A stretch of 64,000 bases of DNA, from positions 12,254 through 76,253 of the forward strand of contig JADJEV010000001.1 in NCBI GenBank assembly GCA_016708905.1, read 5' to 3'. The position numbers and the translations under genes were made by a program. The notes beneath the pieces were generated by a model. That model saw only the letters and a program-made list of their open reading frames with translations. It searched no databases and was not told where the DNA came from. Below, one piece after another: positions 60,043 through 64,000 of the stretch. Position 1 is the first letter of the stretch. The number at the start of each line of letters is the position of its first letter. The stretch is from Candidatus Methylophosphatis roskildensis (GTDB lineage: Bacteria > Pseudomonadota > Gammaproteobacteria > Burkholderiales > Rhodocyclaceae).

Positions 60043-60407
60043 GCGACGCGACGATCGACGAACTCGACACCGGCTGAGGATCGTCCTGAGCCTGCCACGC
60101 AGGTCTTTGAGGTCAGCAGCCGGGATCGAGCCCTATATTCCTTTCGGATTGGACGAGGCGGATGCGCTGCTGTTCCATCGAACCGAGATTACGCCGACGG
60201 GAATCCGCCGACGGGAGTCGTCGACGGCTTCGTCGGTCTGCACATTGGACTGTCCGGCCCCGTCGTAGCCGATGCGGCTGTCGCTGCCGAGTGGGGCAAT
60301 GGCGTCTGTCAGGTCGCCGGCCTCATGTCGATGCGCCAGATCAGCTTGCGGGTCGCCGGAGGCGGTCGGGGTGGCGTCGACGCGCACGATGGCGCACTAT
60401 TCGCACA

Positions 60408-60547
60408 CCTCACCCGCAAGCAAGCTCGGCCTGGGAGCCGCACCGGATGGCGCTTTGCAGCGGCATCGAGCCAACAGCGCCATTCCATGCGGCTTCGCCG
60501 ACTGGCACCCTGAAGATGCCCTGTACATGCGGCGTCCAGGGCAGGCT
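60408..60547. repeat. 140-bp direct repeat (family C), copy 1
   Basis: CCTCACCCGCAAG..GCCGCACCGGA.GGCGCTTTGCAGCGGC..AGCGCCATTCCATGCG..GGCACCCTGAAGATGCCCTGTACATGCG..TCCAGGGCAGGCT aligns with 61521-61660 (roughly 85-90 percent identity by eye). Confidence 0.85.
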
Positions 60548-60675
60548 CGTCGAGCGGGCGGGGCGCGGTGACTATATCTCGGCGCCGTGGAGCATGTCCG
60601 GCAAATTCGCCTATGGGCAGACGCGGAATACGCTAACGATGATGCTCGAAGCCTCGTCGGATCACCGTTCGTCGA

Positions 60676-61032
60676 TCAGGGGAGGATGGAAATGCGGATG
60701 CGATCGGGCTGAAGCACGACGAAGCTGCCGGCAAGGCGGTCCGCGTACTTGCCCACTAGCTCGAGCACGCGGTCCCCGATCTTGGCTCGCGCACCCGCTG
60801 CAAACCGAATCAGCACAACACCCACGCTCTCGCGCCCTGCCGCGAATACCAGTTGCCCGAAGTCCTTGTCCTCGGTGAGCAGAATCCGGCTCTCGCGTAG
60901 CGCGAGTTCGATTACCCGCTCGTCCTGTGCGCCAGACATGATCTCCGCCACAGACAGCACGTCAAAGCGCTCGGCGCGCAGCGCACGAACGGCAGCGAAA
61001 TCGCAGCTTTCGTCAGCAAGGAAGCGCAACAT
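60676..61032 (-). CDS. DUF5615-family (PIN-like) putative toxin
   Basis: MLRFLADESCDFAAVRALRAERFDVL..ILLTEDKDFGQLVF.. Confidence 0.7.
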   Translation of the reverse strand: MLRFLADESCDFAAVRALRAERFDVLSVAEIMSGAQDERVIELALRESRILLTEDKDFGQLVFAAGRESVGVVLIRFAAGARAKIGDRVLELVGKYADRLAGSFVVLQPDRIRISILP

Positions 61033-61050
61033 CCCAACGGTGTCGGCTGA

Positions 61051-61269
61051 CTATACGATCTCTTCGTGGGCCAGCACCTCTGCGGCATAGATCATCGCGG
61101 TACGGATGTCCTCGGCCTTCAAATTGGGATAGGCGTCGAGCAGGTCACGCTCGTTCGCGCCCTCGCCTAGCTTGCGCAGGATCAACTCGACCGGGATGCG
61201 CGTGCCGCGGATCACCGGCTTTCCCAGCATGACCTCGGGGTTGATTTCGATGCCATTGGGAAGCGTCAT
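61051..61269 (-). CDS. DUF433-family putative antitoxin
   Basis: ..INPEVMLGKPVIRGTRIPVELILRKLGEGANERDLLDAYPNLKAEDIRTAMIYA.. Confidence 0.75.
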   Translation of the reverse strand: MTLPNGIEINPEVMLGKPVIRGTRIPVELILRKLGEGANERDLLDAYPNLKAEDIRTAMIYAAEVLAHEEIV

Positions 61270-61520
61270 CGTACTCTCTCCTCGATTCCGACCGTGGTGC
61301 GGATTCTCCCGGCACCGACACCAACATCTCGTCCAGCAACGAAGGCGTTACCGGGACACTGCCGTGCTGAAGAATTCGAATAGTACCTACAAGCATCATG
61401 CCACAGCGGACCGCACATGACTCAGCGAGAGTGCGACGGGATCGAATACTTGCGACGGACAGCGAAGACCCATGCCCTGTTTTGGAGTAGCGTCCATCTG
61501 CACGGCACCCTGCTCGATCG

Positions 61521-61660
61521 CCTCACCCCGCAAGAAGGTCGGTCTGAGAGCCGCACCGGAGGGCGCTTTGCAGCGGCGACGAACCAGCAGCGCCATTCCA
61601 TGCGCCTTCGCCCATTGGCACCCTGAAGATGCCCTGTACATGCGCTGTCCAGGGCAGGCT
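61521..61660. repeat. 140-bp direct repeat (family C), copy 2
   Basis: See copy 1. The two copies bracket the DUF433/DUF5615 pair in direct orientation. Confidence 0.85.
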
Positions 61661-61913
61661 TGCCGAGATCGGGTTTGCGTATGGGCAGCATTGAATCGTG
61701 GATCCCCGGGCTTCGCTGCGCTCAGCCCAGGCTACGTATGCTGCGGATCGTATTACCTTGCCCGGTAGGTCCGAGCATTCATCGCATTCGCAAAGAATGG
61801 TACGATGCGCCCCACGCGTTGGGCTCGCAGATTCGGCACGCTTACCTTGTCGCCGGAAGTCGTCCCCGCAGCCGCATCCTCCTTCATCCCTGACTGATCA
61901 ATCCGAGCGAACC

Positions 61914-62552
61914 ATGGGAATTGCCATTGCCGCGCTGGGAGTCCTGCTCCTCAGCGCCCTTAGTTTTGTCGTCATCCCCGATCCGAACACGGCGTCGATT
62001 GTCGGCTGGGTTCACGACGGCGGCGTGATAGCGCTGAGCCTGTTCATCCTGGGCCGAAGTCTCTACCTGCTGCGCGCCGGCAACAGATCGACGTCGCCTG
62101 CGGTGCCCTCGCCTCCCACACAGCCGCCTGCCGAAACCGCGAAGCCACCGGCGCCGCTGCCGACCCAGACCGGCGAGGCGCTGATCCTGCTTTCGCTGCT
62201 GCAGGAGAAGGGGCGATTTCTCGATTACCTGATGGAGGATGTCACCGCCTTCAGCGACGCTCAGGTGGCCGCCGCCTCGCGCGTCGTGCACCAGGGCTGC
62301 TCGGCGGTGATCCGGGAATGCCTGGCGCTGGCCCCCGCCCACGATGGCAAGGAAGGTGAGCGCATCAGCATCGAGGCGAGTACCGATCCGCAGCAGTATC
62401 GGCTGATCGGCAAGGTACAGGCGCCGCCTTTCAGCGGCGTGGTCGTGCATCGCGGCTGGAAGACATCGAAGCTGGCCCTGCCGCGTCACACCCGGCCGAT
62501 CGATCCGGCCGGCGAAAACGTGATCACGCCGGTAGAAGTAGAGGTCCGTTAG
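61914..62552 (+). CDS. DUF2760-domain membrane protein
   Basis: ATG 61914 inside track ORF 61698..62552. Two TM helices and a proline-rich linker, then ..LILLSLLQEKGRFLDYLMEDVTAFSDAQVAAASRVVHQGC.. ..PPFSGVVVHRGWK, as I remember DUF2760. Confidence 0.6.
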   Translation: MGIAIAALGVLLLSALSFVVIPDPNTASIVGWVHDGGVIALSLFILGRSLYLLRAGNRSTSPAVPSPPTQPPAETAKPPAPLPTQTGEALILLSLLQEKGRFLDYLMEDVTAFSDAQVAAASRVVHQGCSAVIRECLALAPAHDGKEGERISIEASTDPQQYRLIGKVQAPPFSGVVVHRGWKTSKLALPRHTRPIDPAGENVITPVEVEVR

Positions 62553-62652
62553 TCCGTCAGGCGCGCCACCGATACGCGTCGGACGCGCGCCGGCCTCGAT
62601 CGCGGCGCGGACTTTGTCGCGTCACTCCGAAATTCATCAGCAAGGTCAACCA

Positions 62653-64000
62653 ATGAGCAAGAAGTACAGTGTGGGCATCGACCTCGGCACGTCCAATTCC
62701 TGCGTCTCGATCTGCGAAGTCGCCGGCGGATCCGCGCGCGGAATCGACATGACCCAGATCCTGGCGCCGAACGTGATCGGGGAAAAGTCCCTGCTCGCGT
62801 CGGCGCTCTACATTCCCGCGCCCGGCGAGTACGCCGAGGACAGCCTGAGCCTGCCGTGGCATGGCACGCATGCGCCCGACTACGTGGTGGGCGCATTTGC
62901 TCGCGAGCGCGCGGCCCTGGTGCCGGACCGCATGGTCACCTCGGCCAAGTCCTGGCTGTGCAATCCGCATGTGAATCGTCGCGAGCCGATCCTGCCCTGG
63001 CAATCCGAACTGGAGCAGGGGAGAGTCTCGCCGTTCGAGGCCTCACGCCGCTACCTCGAGCATATGCGCCAGGCGCTCGCCTACCATCTGCAGCAACACG
63101 CCGGTGCGGCGACCGTGGACGACTGTCATGTCGTGCTGACCGTTCCCGCCTCGTTCGACGAAGTGGCACGCAGCCTGACCCACGAGGCTGCACTGGCGGC
63201 GGGCTTCGGCCAGGTCACACTGCTGGAGGAACCGCAGGCGGCCTTCTACGCCTGGATCGCCCATTCGACGCAGGACGACGCCGCCTCGTCCGGCCGGCCG
63301 TGGCACGAGCAGGTTGCCGAGGGCGACCTGATCCTGGTCTGCGATGTCGGCGGCGGCACCGCCGACTTCAGCCTGATCGCGGTGGCCGAAGCGGCGGACG
63401 GTCTGTCGAAGAACCTGGAACTGCACCGCATCGCAGTGGGTGAACACATCCTGCTCGGCGGCGACAACATGGACCTGGCGCTGGCCCACACGCTCAAGGT
63501 GAAGATCGAAGATGGTGGAAACGAACTCGACCCGTGGCAGTTCCTTTCCCTGATCCATGCCGCACGCGACGCGAAGGAGAAGCTGCTCAGCGACGAGGCG
63601 CTGCAGGAAGTGCCGATCGCCGTCCCCTCGCGCAGTGCCAGCCTGTTCGCCAAGACCCTCGCCACCACCCTCACCCGCCAGGAGGTCGTCGCCCTGCTGG
63701 TGGAAGGCTACTTCCCGCTGACCGCGATCAACGAATTGCCGGCTGCGCGAAAGTCGGTGGGCCTGCAGGAATACGGGCTGGACTACGCCACCGAACCGGC
63801 GGTGAGCAAGCACCTTGCCCGCTTCCTCAAACGCGCGCTGGAGAACGTCAAGTCCGACGAGGCACTGGCCGCGTCGATCGGTGCGCGCGCCGGCCTGGAG
63901 CAGGCGAGCATCCTCAAACCCACCGCCGTGCTGTTCAATGGCGGCGTGTTCGAGGCGGCGATCTTCCGCCAGCGCATCGTCGAGCTGCTTACAGCCTGGC
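62653..64000 (+). CDS. non-canonical Hsp70-family ATPase, N-terminal part (runs off the right edge)
   Basis: Absent from the track because it is open-ended. MSKKYSVGIDLGTSNSCVS..VVLTVPASFDEVAR..LLEEPQAAFYAW..VCDVGGGTADFSLI..GGDNMDLAL.. Confidence 0.85.
   Translation, partial: MSKKYSVGIDLGTSNSCVSICEVAGGSARGIDMTQILAPNVIGEKSLLASALYIPAPGEYAEDSLSLPWHGTHAPDYVVGAFARERAALVPDRMVTSAKSWLCNPHVNRREPILPWQSELEQGRVSPFEASRRYLEHMRQALAYHLQQHAGAATVDDCHVVLTVPASFDEVARSLTHEAALAAGFGQVTLLEEPQAAFYAWIAHSTQDDAASSGRPWHEQVAEGDLILVCDVGGGTADFSLIAVAEAADGLSKNLELHRIAVGEHILLGGDNMDLALAHTLKVKIEDGGNELDPWQFLSLIHAARDAKEKLLSDEALQEVPIAVPSRSASLFAKTLATTLTRQEVVALLVEGYFPLTAINELPAARKSVGLQEYGLDYATEPAVSKHLARFLKRALENVKSDEALAASIGARAGLEQASILKPTAVLFNGGVFEAAIFRQRIVELLTAW

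Noticed and set aside
60133-60387. 84-aa acidic minus-strand ORF between the DUF1269-like gene and the family C repeat
   Set aside because: No RBS, no signal peptide or motif, and it overlaps a longer spurious plus-strand ORF. Insufficient support.

Overview
GC-rich proteobacterial (betaproteobacteria-like) chromosomal segment. Housekeeping genes are interleaved with very dense mobile DNA.

Housekeeping content: an alpha-carbonic anhydrase, thiC behind a TPP riboswitch, a SWIM/SNF2 helicase, a tetR-MFP-RND-pcm-rhodanese-tolC block, a DUF1111 di-heme protein, cimA-leuCD, prpE, and a DUF2760-Hsp70 cluster.

Mobile content:
- An ISAs1-type element whose transposase carries an N-terminal DUF4338 domain. 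It is itself split by an ISKra4 element.
- An IS4/IS1380-like IS.
- An IS21 element carrying a nested serine-recombinase element.
- An IS1182-family element carrying a nested IS66-type unit. That unit holds a second DUF4338 gene coupled to the IS66 transposase.
- Remnants of an IS91-family element and of a Mu-like transposon.
- Two near-identical copies of an unclassified 1.65-kb element with no terminal inverted repeats. One copy cleanly splits a parE toxin gene.

Other content: six type II toxin-antitoxin modules, and a vWA / PP2C phosphatase / Ser-Thr kinase triad (TerY-P type) that has been inactivated four separate times. Several families of dispersed or flanking repeats are not explained by genes.

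I recognised no rRNA, tRNA or CRISPR array by eye. All family assignments come from reading the translations and from memory of family signatures. No database search was run.
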